Shown here piece by piece: positions 12,563 through 23,854 of a DNA stretch of 64,000 nt. The stretch is taken from assembly GCA_964036045.1 (NCBI GenBank), contig OZ038379.1, forward strand, positions 20,832,001 through 20,896,000. Direction: 5' to 3'. Position 1 is the stretch's first letter. Each line of letters starts with the position of its first letter. The stretch comes from Eutreptiella sp. 'Long Island Sound 2002'. Taxonomy: Eukaryota > Protista > Euglenida. The notes beneath the pieces were generated by a model, which was given only the letters and a program-made list of their open reading frames with translations, had not been told where the DNA came from and searched no databases. The position numbers and the translations under genes are program-made.

Positions 12563-13188
12563 TGAAGGGGCCCTAACCCCCCTCCCTCAAATGACAAATG
12601 ACCCAATGGGGGGACCCTAACCCTACGTACTGGAATTTGCCTACCACACCTAGTTGAACACTGCTCAACCCCCTCTTCAAGCGGTTCAACCGCCCTCCCG
12701 ACGTATTCCAATCATATGGTGCATTCAAGATTTTCACGGGTTTAAATTGGGAGCCACCTCTACGTTGCGCACCTACGACTTGTTCCTGAATATTGTGCAT
12801 CTTGTATGAGTTTTTCAACCCCCTAGTGTATGCCTAGTTCAAGACCCCGGTTCAACCACACGCCACACAAGCATTTTTTAGGATAATGAGAAACACGATA
12901 TTGTGTGTTGGTGTAAGCCTAAAAAAGAGAAAAATGGTAGTCATTCACACTATTGTTGAACTTTAAGTCATTGGAGATCGAAAGCATTGGCACGAGCATG
13001 TTTTTTTGGGCCAAAATGCATGATTTTGTTGGCGCGCGCTACCATCGGTTCAACCGGGTTCAACCGCCGAAAATCACCCGGTTGCACCGGTTGAACCGCG
13101 GTTGAACCACCGGGCGCGCGGCGTGGAGCGTAGCGCGCACGAAGGGCGAAAAACAAGAGAAAATGCACACTACATGAAGAAAATGTGT

Positions 13189-13760
13189 TCACAGCGGAAA
13201 GTTCAACTCATGCATGCGGCGTTGCAAGACGGTGGGCACTTTGTCCCATGCCACACCCGTATACATCACAATGGCATACCGCTTTCCGCGCCACGGAAGG
13301 ACAATCAGGGCATCACACATTGAATATGACACCATCGCGCGGATCCACAATGTGACTCACTACAGGACCTCTTCCATACAACACACTCCCTTTTGGTGTT
13401 GGCCCATGAGCATGGATTAGCCCCCCCGTCTAAAATCTCCCCCCCTCAAAGTCTCCGACACACAACTCCGCACTAAGTGCGGAGTCATCCCCAAGGTGAG
13501 CGTGCAATGTCATGGGGCAGTGGCCGTCCCCATGCAAGATTGCAATGGCGGTCCATGAGATGCCGGGGAATATTCCCCTTATGTACGTATTGTGAAACTT
13601 TACAAAACCGGCATTGTGCTCGGTGGCGGCGCAAAGGGTGACGGGGTGCGGAATGTGGGATACCCACACACCGCCCCAAAAAGTTGTCGGCGGTAACGCG
13701 TCCCATGCTTCTCCTTTGTCAACCATCCCTTTAGTTCTCCTATCGTGCCGGCCAGCCATT
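13189..13760 (-). pseudogene. TET/JBP-like 2OG-Fe(II) dioxygenase domain (disrupted)
   Basis: Joined translation: FPGISWTAIAILHGDGHCPMTLHAHLGDDSALSAELCVGDFEGGRF*TGG...HIVDPRDGVIFNV // IVLPWRGKRYAIVMYTGVAWDKVPTVLQRRMHELNFPL*. It shows the GDFxGG-x-W strand motif (W codon now TAG at 13432-13430), PW-x-G-x-R-Y-x-I-V with the 2OG-binding Arg, HxD reading HAH, and a frameshift near 13312. Confidence 0.65.
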
Positions 13761-15189
13761 TGGGATCCCGCAAGTGTGGGGTCCCTTGCGTCGACACCAA
13801 CACAGCGGCACTTGATGAGCTTGCAACATCCCCACTCATAATTGGCTTGGCATCACCGTCTCCACTTGTTGTCTTCTCGCCACTCCTTGTATTGTCTGCA
13901 GTCGTTGTATTGTCTCCAGTCGTTGTATTGTCTCCACTCGTAGTGTTGTCTCCACTTTTGCATTGTATCCCAACACCCTCCTTCGGTTCTTCATCCGCCT
14001 TTGCTTCTTCCACGGACTGAACCTTCATTTCCTCTTCAACGCTCACGCTTGGTGCCTCCTCCGCACCCCCCTCCACAACCTCATCCATGGTCCCCTTTTT
14101 CATGCAAGCCGTGTCCTCTACCATCGGTGCACCCTCCACAACCACATTCTCCTCGGGTGCTTCCTCCATATGCGCCCCACTCTCCTTTTGGACATCTTTC
14201 TCCTCGGCGTTCACATCCCCCTTGCCCTTCACCTCGGCCAAGCGCAACTCTTCGAGTGCCGATGTGGCCTCCTCTTCCGAGGTGAAGGAGGTCTTCTTGG
14301 TGATTGCGATGATGGGCCATGTCACCGCCTTCACTTGCGACCCTCCATCAAGTGCACCTTGTCCCGGCGGGATGTGGACCAACTCCTCACCGGCGCCCGG
14401 CCTTGGGCCGGTCTTTGACATCTTGCCGACGGCTCCCACGTAGACTTGGGTTGTGCCACTCTCCTCGACAAGCACCCACCAAATGGCAACCTTGGGCGGG
14501 AGATTGTATTTCTGGCGGGCCTCCTCACGCTTCCAAGCATCCCAGCGCCCGGATCGCAGCGTACAGCAATGATGCCGTGTGGCTTAATTGGCGTCAACTT
14601 TTGCTTAGACGCCAATTGTTGCCATGCCTTCTCCATCACCTTGTGGGATGGAAAGCAATGGTGCCAAGTCCGATGTATGAGGCGACGTGCAAGACTTTTT
14701 TTGGCACTTAACCACTCAATGAGCCTTCAGTACCTATGTGCATAGCCGAAGCGGTTGAGATAGGTACAACCGATACAACCGCGCGGTGTGCGGCATTCAC
14801 ACGTTGGACATTCCGGTTTGAAAAATATGGTTTTCAGCTGTGCATTTCATGTAACCACCATCCATGACCATCATATGACACCAACTTTGAAGACTAGGGC
14901 AATATCGAACGATAAAAAAGACGGTAGCTTGAATAGTTTGCATGGTTCTACACAACGTGTTCAACCGCTAAAGTGAAGGCGGTTGAACTATGGTTCAACG
15001 ATCGCGAGAGTGGCGCCACCTTCTTTTTGGAATGTTGACATCAAGAATAAGCCTCATAGCTTCCTGCCCACTGAATACTTTTGCTTGGCCATCGCGATGT
15101 CGTTTGGCCACGCGCCGTGATGAGCTTACTCTGGCGGCAATGCGGTCCCACAAAGCCGGTCCATGTTGATTGCTCGTGAATAGGTCCAC
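13600..15189 (-). pseudogene. N-terminal and acidic linker part of the same disrupted ORF (possible transposase-derived N-terminus)
   Basis: ORFs 14995-15189, 14331-14639 and 13600-14475 are collinear on the minus strand and can be joined by a putative intron (~15010-14735) plus frameshifts. It contains an E-rich linker and GDNTTS/T repeats. Confidence 0.45.
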
Positions 15190-15717
15190 TAGTGCGTCCT
15201 CGGTACGCGGTTGCGTTAATCCACCATATTTTGCCCCTAGAAAATTTGCAACATCATTGGTACTGGACTTTGTGGTTCAAAACACTATTAACAAATGCCG
15301 TACGGGCTGCAATTGTACTAAGTAACACCAATTTTAATTACCTATTGCTGGCGCGCGCTGCGAGTGCGCGTCGCAGCTAGCGCTGGCTTGTGGTTCAACC
15401 GGTTCAACCGGTGGTTCACCTGGTTCACCCGCACATTTTTACTCAAAAACGTCGTAAAACTGGTTCCACCGCCACTTGAACCACAGAACGAGTGGTGTGC
15501 AATTTCCATTAAGTAGGGACGGAAGCTCAACAGACCGCGATACAAAATCCTCTGTTCTAGTTTCCGAAATTGGAACGCCACTGCACACATTTAGGTCATT
15601 GCTGCAGCGGTTCGTAACATCTCACGGTTTCGACATGCAGCAGCTCGGAACGCCACCTAAACGAACTGCTACAAACCGAACGTTTACGCTTACGAACTAC
15701 TACCAAGCCCTGTGCAT

Positions 15718-16835
15718 GCGAAGGGTACAACTTGGTGCATACACATGGCTGTAGGGGCTGAACTCGGTCAAAACGGGCTCAAAATGGGCTCAAAACAGTT
15801 GTTTGTGCGGGCCCAATGGTCGAGGGTCACTCTTGGAAAAACGCATTTTTGACCCATTTTTCACCCATTTTTGCTCCCAAAAGGACCCCTTTTTCAAGGC
15901 ATATTGGGATTTTCCATGGCCTAAAACCCGTCCCAATGGGCTCAAAATGGGCTAAAAACACTTGTTTGAGCATCCCAAATGGTCCAGGATCACTTGTGGG
16001 AAAATGAGTTTTTGACCCATTTTTGACCCATTTTTGGTCTTGAAACCCGTTTTCAACGCAATTTGGGATTTTCCATGGCCCAAAACGCGCCACCACGGGC
16101 TCCAAACGGCGTAAAAACACTTGTTTGAGCATCCCGAGTGGTTTCGGAACAACTTTGAAAAAAATCATTGTTTTCGCCCCAGTGACCCCCGTGGACCCGC
16201 CGTTGTCCCCAATTGTGCGCGGGCTGTGCTGCCCTCCGGCTCCACCAAATGACCACTAGTACGGGGGTCTAGGCGTCTCATTGGGCGATTCTGAGGCTTG
16301 GAAACCACAAAAAGTGGAGGGTTGCGGGTGGACTAGGTGCCCTCGGAATTCCATAGCCCACGATACGGCCCGTTCTTGGATTCAGGCCTATTTGACACTA
16401 ACAGTGCACATTTAGGCCATTTTTGGGCCGTTTCTCGGACATATGGAAGAGTTAGAGGGCAAGAATGGGCTCTTTGTCACAAAGGAGTCAAAGTGCACGT
16501 GCAATATAGCAACCGTTTGCCTTCGTTTGGCTGCTTAAGTGCGTTTCGGGCCGTTTTGGGCTAAAAAAGGCTGTTTTGGAGCACAAAATGCGCATTTTTG
16601 GGAAGGCACCTCCCGATTTGGCGCTCGAGCCCCGGGCCGCCACCGGTGAGCTTTTGGCTGAAAACTTGGATATGGCAAGGCCACCACCTGGGCTCTAGGA
16701 TGGCTAGAGTAGAGTAGAGTAGAGCCCGGAGCGATAAGGCGGAGCAATGGCCAAAACGGAAAAGAGAAGTGCTTTTCGCTTGTGGTTGCTTGCTAGCTAG
16801 ATTAAACGGGAGAAGGGTGTAGGAATATATATATG
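15718..16835 (+). repeat. ~1.1 kb dispersed repeat, copy 1, with ~160-bp internal tandem subunits
   Basis: Reverse-complement match to 23855-24975 along its length (e.g. 16260-16350 vs 24340-24430); subunits begin near 15805, 15968 and 16127. Confidence 0.85.
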
Positions 16836-16889
16836 TTAACATACGTGTGTATAAACATATGTATGTATCCTCTTCTCTACACACCTCTA

Positions 16890-18210
16890 CTATACACCGC
16901 ACAGCACCAAAGAACATAGCAACACACGACACCACAAAGCAGCATAGCGCAACACCGCACAGAGCAGCGTAGCACCGCACACAACAAACCACAACACAAC
17001 AACACCTGGGACAACGCACAATACTGAAGGCAGCACACACGGGGGGGGGGGGGAGCGAAATAGAAGACGACACGACATGAACAACACCACTCAACACTGC
17101 AACAACACAGCGCACGAGAGCACTAGGCAACACCAAAGTAAACAACACACAGCACACAACAACGCACAAGAGCATGGAGTGAGCCAAACAACACAACGCA
17201 GCATGGATGGCACACCAGGACGCAAACACGGTAGCCTGCAGGACCGCACCACGCAGCACAATACAGCACAGCACAGCATCAAACGAAACCACACAGCACA
17301 TAATGACGCACCACACCGGGAGACAACAGAAACAACACAGAGCAGCGCTGCACAGAGCGGCACATGGCAGCGCTGCACAGCACCCCACGCAACGCTGGAA
17401 GCGACAGGCAGAAAGCACAGGATGGGGAGGGCAGACAGCGCACTGTAGCATACAAGAGAGCATGTACCGCACCAAACAACACCGCACCGCAGAGCACAAA
17501 CGAAAGCAGCACAGAACACAACAACACAAGTGGCACAGCACGATGTGTCAAAGCAGCGCAGCGAGCTGCAAGAGGCAAACACACCAGGCCGGTGTAGCAC
17601 AACACCACTCACACCGCACCAGCCCAACACGATAAAACCACAGCGCCAAAGAGTGCTGTCGCCACATTAAATCCCAAAACCTTGTGCCATTGGGTTTGAC
17701 CAGACGGGAACATGAGCTCTGCCTCAGCCCCCAGCCTTGCCCACACTCGCTGGCCGCTTCACCATTTCACCACATCGCTGGCCTGCCACGCAACTCATAC
17801 CGTATCCGCCACGGATACCCGGGCACTGGAATTAATGCCACAGATGCCCGGGCACTGGCGCTCATCCCTTGCGCCTCCAGCTCAGCCACTACCTTGTCAA
17901 CTAAGGCAGCCACCACCGCCAAAAGAAGAACAAAGAACAATGACGGAAAACAGAACGGAACAAACGACGCAGCAATGCATGCACCAACTAGCACAACGCA
18001 AACACCTCACGGCACACAGCGTACCCCTAGACACGGGCATAGCACACCGCAGAGAATGGGGGAGGAGGGCGGGCACGAGAGCGCCACACGACCTGCAAAG
18101 CAGCACAGCACGGCACCAAACAGCACAGACACGCACGCTGCGCCAGCACAGCACGGGGCAACACCAGGCGCAACACAAAACAGAACACGGCAAGACACGG
18201 GACACTGCAG
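16890..18210. repeat. CAC/ACA/GCA-rich low-complexity tracts (16890-17640 and 17930-18210)
   Basis: Degenerate cacagca/caacac runs that generate spurious Cys-rich and His/Thr-rich ORFs. Confidence 0.8.
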
Positions 18211-18354
18211 CAAAGGCAACAGGCGCGCAGGGGTGGGGGTTCCACTCAGCCTTGCTGAATCAGCGTTGTCCTTAACGCAAAGAAAAAAAAAACAAAAAAA
18301 AGTGTTCCGGTTTCCCAAAAAGCCCGCAGGCACTCCATGTGCTCAACCATGTTT

Positions 18355-18470
18355 GGTCGCAGTTGGCGGTTGGAGGCGGTTGGCAGTTGGCAATTGGTCG
18401 CCGCTGGCAGTTGGCGGCTGGCGGTTGGTGGCAGTTGGCAGTTGATGGGAGTCGGCAGTTGGCGGTCCCT
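18355..18470. repeat. ggcagttggcggtt short tandem array (related sequence in reverse orientation at ~48120-48190)
   Basis: Direct inspection. Confidence 0.75.
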
Positions 18471-19525
18471 TGGGGTGCTCCTTAAGGGCTGTCCTTAGCA
18501 AAAAAAAAAAATCTCGTCCCTTAAGGGCGCCCCTGTGCTGAATGGGTATAGACCTGATCCTCATTCAGCCAAATGGCATGTGAAAAATGCTGGTGTTGTT
18601 GCTGGATAGCTGTTCCTTATCCAGCCAAATGGCATGTGAAATTTGCTGTTGTTGCTGCTGGGCACCAATTTGTTGTCACACACATGCGACCAAACTTGGA
18701 CCATCACTGTGTTCTTTCTGTCCAGTGGAGGGGAAGCACCAGTCATGGAGTCTGCAGCTGGCAGGGTTGGCCGATCGCCATTCACTGCTCCCCTTCCCTA
18801 ATGCGTTTCGTTTCCCTTACCATGGGCCTCTTACCCCCTCTCCCTCCTTGGGCTCTCTTTATTCTCTTTCTCTGCTATTCATTCATTCATGTTGTGTGTC
18901 CTTGCTCCAGCGTGCGAGCGATGGATGCCTTCTGGAACGGGGGGGGGGGGCTTAGGTTGTGCCTCCATTGGATATGGGGTTTGATGATTTTCTGTCACCT
19001 GACATGAGCACCCATTCCCCCCCACCCAGGAAAAGCGGGAGGAGAGGTAACAGACTCGACTCTTGCCAACGACTTGTCCCACCCAATGCCGAGCAACACT
19101 AGCTTGGATCAACTGATAAGTTTCCGCATCAAAGGGTCGATATTTCTAGTATTGGTTGCGATGGTTATGTACAGTCCACTTGGGCCGGACCTGGATTTGA
19201 TGCCAAGTTCCACGGCTGTTCGTGGCCGACGGTGATAAACACCCGCGTTGCTTATGTGCAGCTTGAAAAGTGCTTGCAACTTGATATCGTATGGCGACTG
19301 CCGTCAAATTGCAAGCGGACGCAGAAACGTCGTTCTGCCGAATGCATTTGTTCAGCTTGGATTAGTCAGTCTCCAGCTTGCGAAGCTGTGCTGTGTGTTG
19401 CCGAACCACGTAGGATGCTGGGCTCCACTGTGTGCTCGTGCGAGTCACAGGTAAGTTAAAAGGCTAGAAAGCTAGCTTGGGAACCTCTGCCTCCAGTTGC
19501 AGGGCCGAGGCCTCAAGTTGACGAT

Positions 19526-20150
19526 TTAGCTTGGTTGGTTGCGGATGCGGGCAAGTTCTCCCGTTCCGTAGAGTTGACAGACATGATTGGCTCTCAATTT
19601 GGGAACCCGAATGGGTTCCCCGCATAGGCCCGTTATCACCTTGTAAACAAACGACGCTGTGGTCCAATCCTCCCCAGTCAGTCCCCCAGGGGGATCCCTG
19701 GAGATAGTGGACCGAGCAACGTTGCAGTCGCACCCAAAAAGAGCGACCGTCCAGGTGTCACGAGGGGCCTGTCCAGCACCGCGTTTGAGCGCCCCCAAGG
19801 CCGCTGCAACGCATGCCGCGCCGGTAAAACGCGCCACACAACGACGTGAGCCATATATCACAAAACACCCCGCTTCTTAACTTGCGACGCCATACTGGCA
19901 CGGGGCTGACTTTCGTAGAGGTGCGGATCTACTCCTCCTGCCTGTCGTAAACAATCGAACCCTTGTAGAACTGTCGATTGTACCCTGCATCCCAGAAGTT
20001 GTTGTACGTGTTGACACCAGTCACGACGGAAAATGGGACGCTCGTGAACAGGCACAACCACAACGCTTCGTCGATTTTCCTCATCCTCGGCTTCGAAAAG
20101 CCCTTGCCCAAACCGAGCTTCGTGAGAATCGAGGGGAACATGTTGTGAAA
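19526..20150 (-). CDS. Probable exons of an unidentified gene (SFHNMFPSILTKLG...YNRQFYKGSIVYDRQE; TTASFVYKVITGLCGEPIRVPK...)
   Basis: 19929-20150 has mostly G/C-ending codons and an upstream CAG acceptor; the antisense register is also open, as is typical of GC3-biased coding DNA. No family recognised. Confidence 0.45.
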
Positions 20151-20699
20151 ACTGCTGTGGTGGACAGTGCACGAGGCAGCGGACACGACGACAACACTGC
20201 TGCGTCGGCACCAGCACCGGGACTGCTAGCAGGGACAGGCGGTGGCGGCAAAATGCTTGTGCCAACTGTTCAGTTTCAACCAAGGGAACTAACACCCATG
20301 CAATGTGCCTGCTGGATGCACGTCCCGTGCAATAAGCCTCGTGAAACCTAGTGTGCCTGCAAATGTTTCGTTAAAATGTTGTGTGCTATTCAGGCCCAGG
20401 TTGGTGAAAACGAAAACGAAAACGAAAACACAGTGGCCATGATAACGTGCAGCGGAATCTGCATTGTCATAGACGTTACGGATGTCGCAGGTGCCGGGGC
20501 GGCTTGAGGGCTTTGGTCCGGCTGTTGGTCCCAGGGTGGTCCCATTTGGCTGCGTTCCCAGAATTCTGAACAAATCAAATCAATCTCTTTGTCCGCTACA
20601 GCAAAATGTCGACTCATCGCCCACCACCCATTACGGACCGCATGATGCCGTGGTTTTGGAACGCTAAATACCACGTGTTCTGCGGTCAAATTGCATATC

Positions 20700-21754
20700 A
20701 GCGAGAGGACATTTTTTACAACCGTTGGCTCCGTATGTGCTTGCTCATGTGAGTCTGACACGACGAAAATTGACTTCAGCATTCCACCCAACATACGGTC
20801 TGCTTGTCCGTATACAGCTGAGGAGGAAAAATATGTTGCAAGGCGTGTTGAAGGAGGACAGTACGATGTGCAGACACGATCCCCAAGCACGATCCGTATG
20901 TGTGAGGGAAGATTCGTCAGAGGGCTGTCTTTCGATACACCTTATCAACACGTCCAAAGGATGCAGGGCGTGCTGTCCACATGCTGCGCTCTTTCGATTG
21001 CCGACGGCTTTGCATTTTTTTCACCCTGACCTTGATATAGGTCGACTGGCAGGAAGGGGAACCAAACTTTTCTTGGCTGGCTGGGGCGCCTACTTCTTCG
21101 CATACATGATCGACAGAGCGTGGGCTCACGGTTTCGGCGATCGGGTATGGCAAGGTTGATTGTGATCATTAGCTGGAGTCTAAACAGGCTCCAATCTTGC
21201 AGATTCGGACGGCACATGCACTGCCGCTATGGCTCATATTCATGCATCAGTGATTTGCTCGCCAGACTCATAATCTAATAGCAAACAGTTGTGACTTGAT
21301 TTCCTTTACGCTTGTGGTCGTTCTTGTGCACGTCGGGCTACAAATCCGCCCCCTTGCTTATCACTGCAGGAGAAAGCAGCATATAATATGACACTGTTTG
21401 AAAAAATTATGTGGCGTTACGTTCCAAACAAGAGCAAATTAGGTATGCTGTTGTACTGCACCTGGTCGGCCTGCTGCAAAATGGTCCAAGTATGCTGATA
21501 GCATTCTTCACATCGTTGCACTTTACGAAGGTGAGGAAGACATGATGAAGCTGCTGGGTGAGGCAAAGCTCGAGGCGCCATACCGATCTGTAAACTTTTG
21601 GACATATCGCTTGCGGACGGAACGTATTCCCACTTCGTACTTCGACGTCGACTCTTTACCTCGATCCTACGAGGAGGGAAACCGCACTGAAGGCCCCTTT
21701 CACTGGTTGTGTTGGATGCTTGGCATGGAAAGCGTTGCGAAGGTCATGGAATAG
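20700..21754 (+). pseudogene. Protein-like ORF fragments of unknown identity
   Basis: ORFs 20691-21029 and 20725-21159 join through a frameshift at a T-run; ~21440-21754 (AKWSKYADSILHIVALYEGEEDMMKLL...) reads like a C-terminus. The coding strand is not firmly established. Confidence 0.25.
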
Positions 21755-22199
21755 ATGGTGCTGGTATGCGTTTGCTTTGTGTTCTCGGGCTTCCACTCCG
21801 CTGGGACAAACTGGTGCGGTGCTGCATTTTAAAATTCTTTGTCACTTCGTTGCTGCCGTTTGTTTGGGTGGAAGTGGTTGAGCACCCCCCAACTGGTTTT
21901 CCAATGAGCAACAATGGTTTTGGATGCGGACCCCTGTTGTGCACGTGCCCAACTGTTTTCCCAACATGTTCGGGCACATTAACGCAAACCCCCACCCCTC
22001 GGCTGTTTTCCCGACATTTCCCCCTTTCAGGCGTGCGAAACTCATGCTGCGCTTTGTGCGAAAACAAATTGCTATGCCAAACCAAGCAGAACGGGTCAAA
22101 CCCCAAGCCGTTCCTCAACCACAAATTTTCATGTTTTGCCAGAGCTGTCCGTGCAGTGCTTGATAGGAAGCCGAGGCCAGGAGTTTGAAAATGCGGGAC

Positions 22200-23050
22200 T
22201 CCGGGGAGGAAAATTAGCATCTACACTTTGCGTGCATGAGACTCATGCTGCTGCGATCAACAAATTTCAGGCTGGCACAATTCTTGCCTGTGTTTGGGAA
22301 AACGGCATGTGGGAGGTGCTGCTGAATGCAACGAAGGCATGCAAATCCAAACACTGTTGAAGCAGGCTCTGAATGAGCCAGGTGTCATTTCGATAAACAT
22401 GGTGAACCACGGTTCCCCAGGGACGCAAGCGATTGAGAAAATATGGACTGTGAAGCTCTTGGGGCCTTTCTGTGCCTGGTCTCTTTGCAATTTGAATTTT
22501 GCCATGAAGACCCCAAGCCCTGGACCCCTCCCCTGTTTGTGTTTCCTTGTCTTTGTGCTGAAGTGGGGTGACAATTTTGAGACCCGCATATCCAACATCT
22601 GGTGTAGGAAGGGGTAAACAATTGGAGCGTCCGAAAATGCAAAGCCCCCCCCCATCCTGGTTGGAAGCCATCTCTCAGATGCATAATTCAATTTATCTTA
22701 TCACTGGAATCATGAGTGCACTTTTTCGGTGGTTTGGTAGCTGTGGGCTTGTTGGAGGGCGGGTTTGGCCCGCATCAATTGCACATCATCCCTTGCCCTT
22801 GTTCCCCTTTCTTCCAATCAATTATCGGTTTCCCTTCATGACACATTGTGCCTCTGAGTGGCACTACCAACAAAGGCACCCCCCCCACACACAACAAAAA
22901 TAATTACACACTGTGCACCCACCGTCCAGGCAATACACCTCAATTCACACAAGGCTTCCAGCCATGTTCCAAGATATCCCAGCCAGTGCTATTCTGCCAA
23001 ACCCATCCTTCTTTGTCAGGGGTTGAAGCATGCTTATTTCTGGGCATGAA
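22200..23050 (-). mobile_element. Decayed non-LTR retrotransposon ORF2 fragment (RT C-terminus/thumb)
   Basis: WLGYLGTWL (YLG motif, ~22990) followed downstream by RWLPTRMGGGFAFSD (LP-x-x-GGLG-like, ~22670); many stops. Confidence 0.35.
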
Positions 23051-23854
23051 TCTCAAATGAACCGAAGGGAGATGGCAAGTCTGGTTGCAGGCAGGGTGAT
23101 ATGCTGGGTGGTGTACTGAGAGGGGGGTCATTTGGCATGCCAGGGGTGGTTGGTTGATTGTACATAGGAAGCTGTATGAACAACGTCGGACGAGGCAATA
23201 TTGTTTTGATCAAGGCGGGATATTCTGTTTTGCTTGTCATTTTATTTTCAGGCAGGATTGTTTTCTATGCTAGTGTGTTTTTTTGTGGATGAGACACAAT
23301 CTGCACAAAGTGCAGTAGAGGGGGGTGGGGTGGGGTCAAAAATTTGATTTTTTGAACCTCGCCAAATGATACCCTGCCATACGGAGGGCTGAAGGGTCAC
23401 AATGAAAAAAAATCATTGTGGTATGGTTTGGTCTCCTGAAATGATGTTTTTCCAAAGTGAGAAACATCCAATTTCAGTTTCTGTATGCTTCACAACCCCC
23501 GTATCCCAAAAAAAGGGGGGGGGGGGGGGGCTGTAACATCTGCATTTAATCCTACCACCCTTCTCAAGAGTGATTTTTCAGCTGAAATCGTGGGGTTCAA
23601 TTTCCCTGCTTTTTTCAACGTTGCGATTGTCATTCCACAACATATTGATAGGAGAGTTTATCCAGCAAAAGGTAGCTTTGGTTGTTTGTTAAGAAGATAT
23701 TTGTTGAGTTAACAAATCTGATTTGATTGATTTGTAAAATGATAGTCATACACACATTGAGTCAGTTTTCAATTGACAAGATGCACATGTATTTTGTTGA
23801 TGCTGTTTTTTTTTTTGCGACCATACCTAGCAAGAGTGCGCCAACAAAATACAT

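Larger units (their letters stand above)
12621..15518 (-). mobile_element. Degenerate TIR-bounded DNA transposon (~2.9 kb) with GGTTCAACC subterminal repeats
   Basis: 12621-12647 (ccctacgtactggaatttgcctaccac) is an inverted repeat of 15492-15518 (reverse complement ccctacttaatggaaattgcacaccac), 22/27 identical. ggttcaacc/ggttgaacc clusters lie near 12680, 12850, 13045-13110, 14750, 14950-15000 and 15375-15480. No clear TSD. Confidence 0.65.

Noticed and set aside
12571-12625. Interstitial telomere
   Set aside because: Only one or two ccctaa units here and at ~35580, ~41995 and ~48500, too short to distinguish from chance.
12617-15522. piggyBac assignment of the dioxygenase element (CCCT...AGGG ends)
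   Set aside because: The flanks are ctaa and acgg rather than TTAA on both sides, and no piggyBac transposase motifs are present.
16561-17635. Long Cys-rich and His/Thr-rich ORFs (up to 326 aa)
   Set aside because: Products of CAC/GTG low-complexity DNA with overlapping ORFs in several frames; the same applies to 24993-25608.
19526-19700. Sialyltransferase (GT29) motif S reading of TTASFVYKVITGLCGE...LYG
   Set aside because: The resemblance is too weak and no other sialyl motifs were found.
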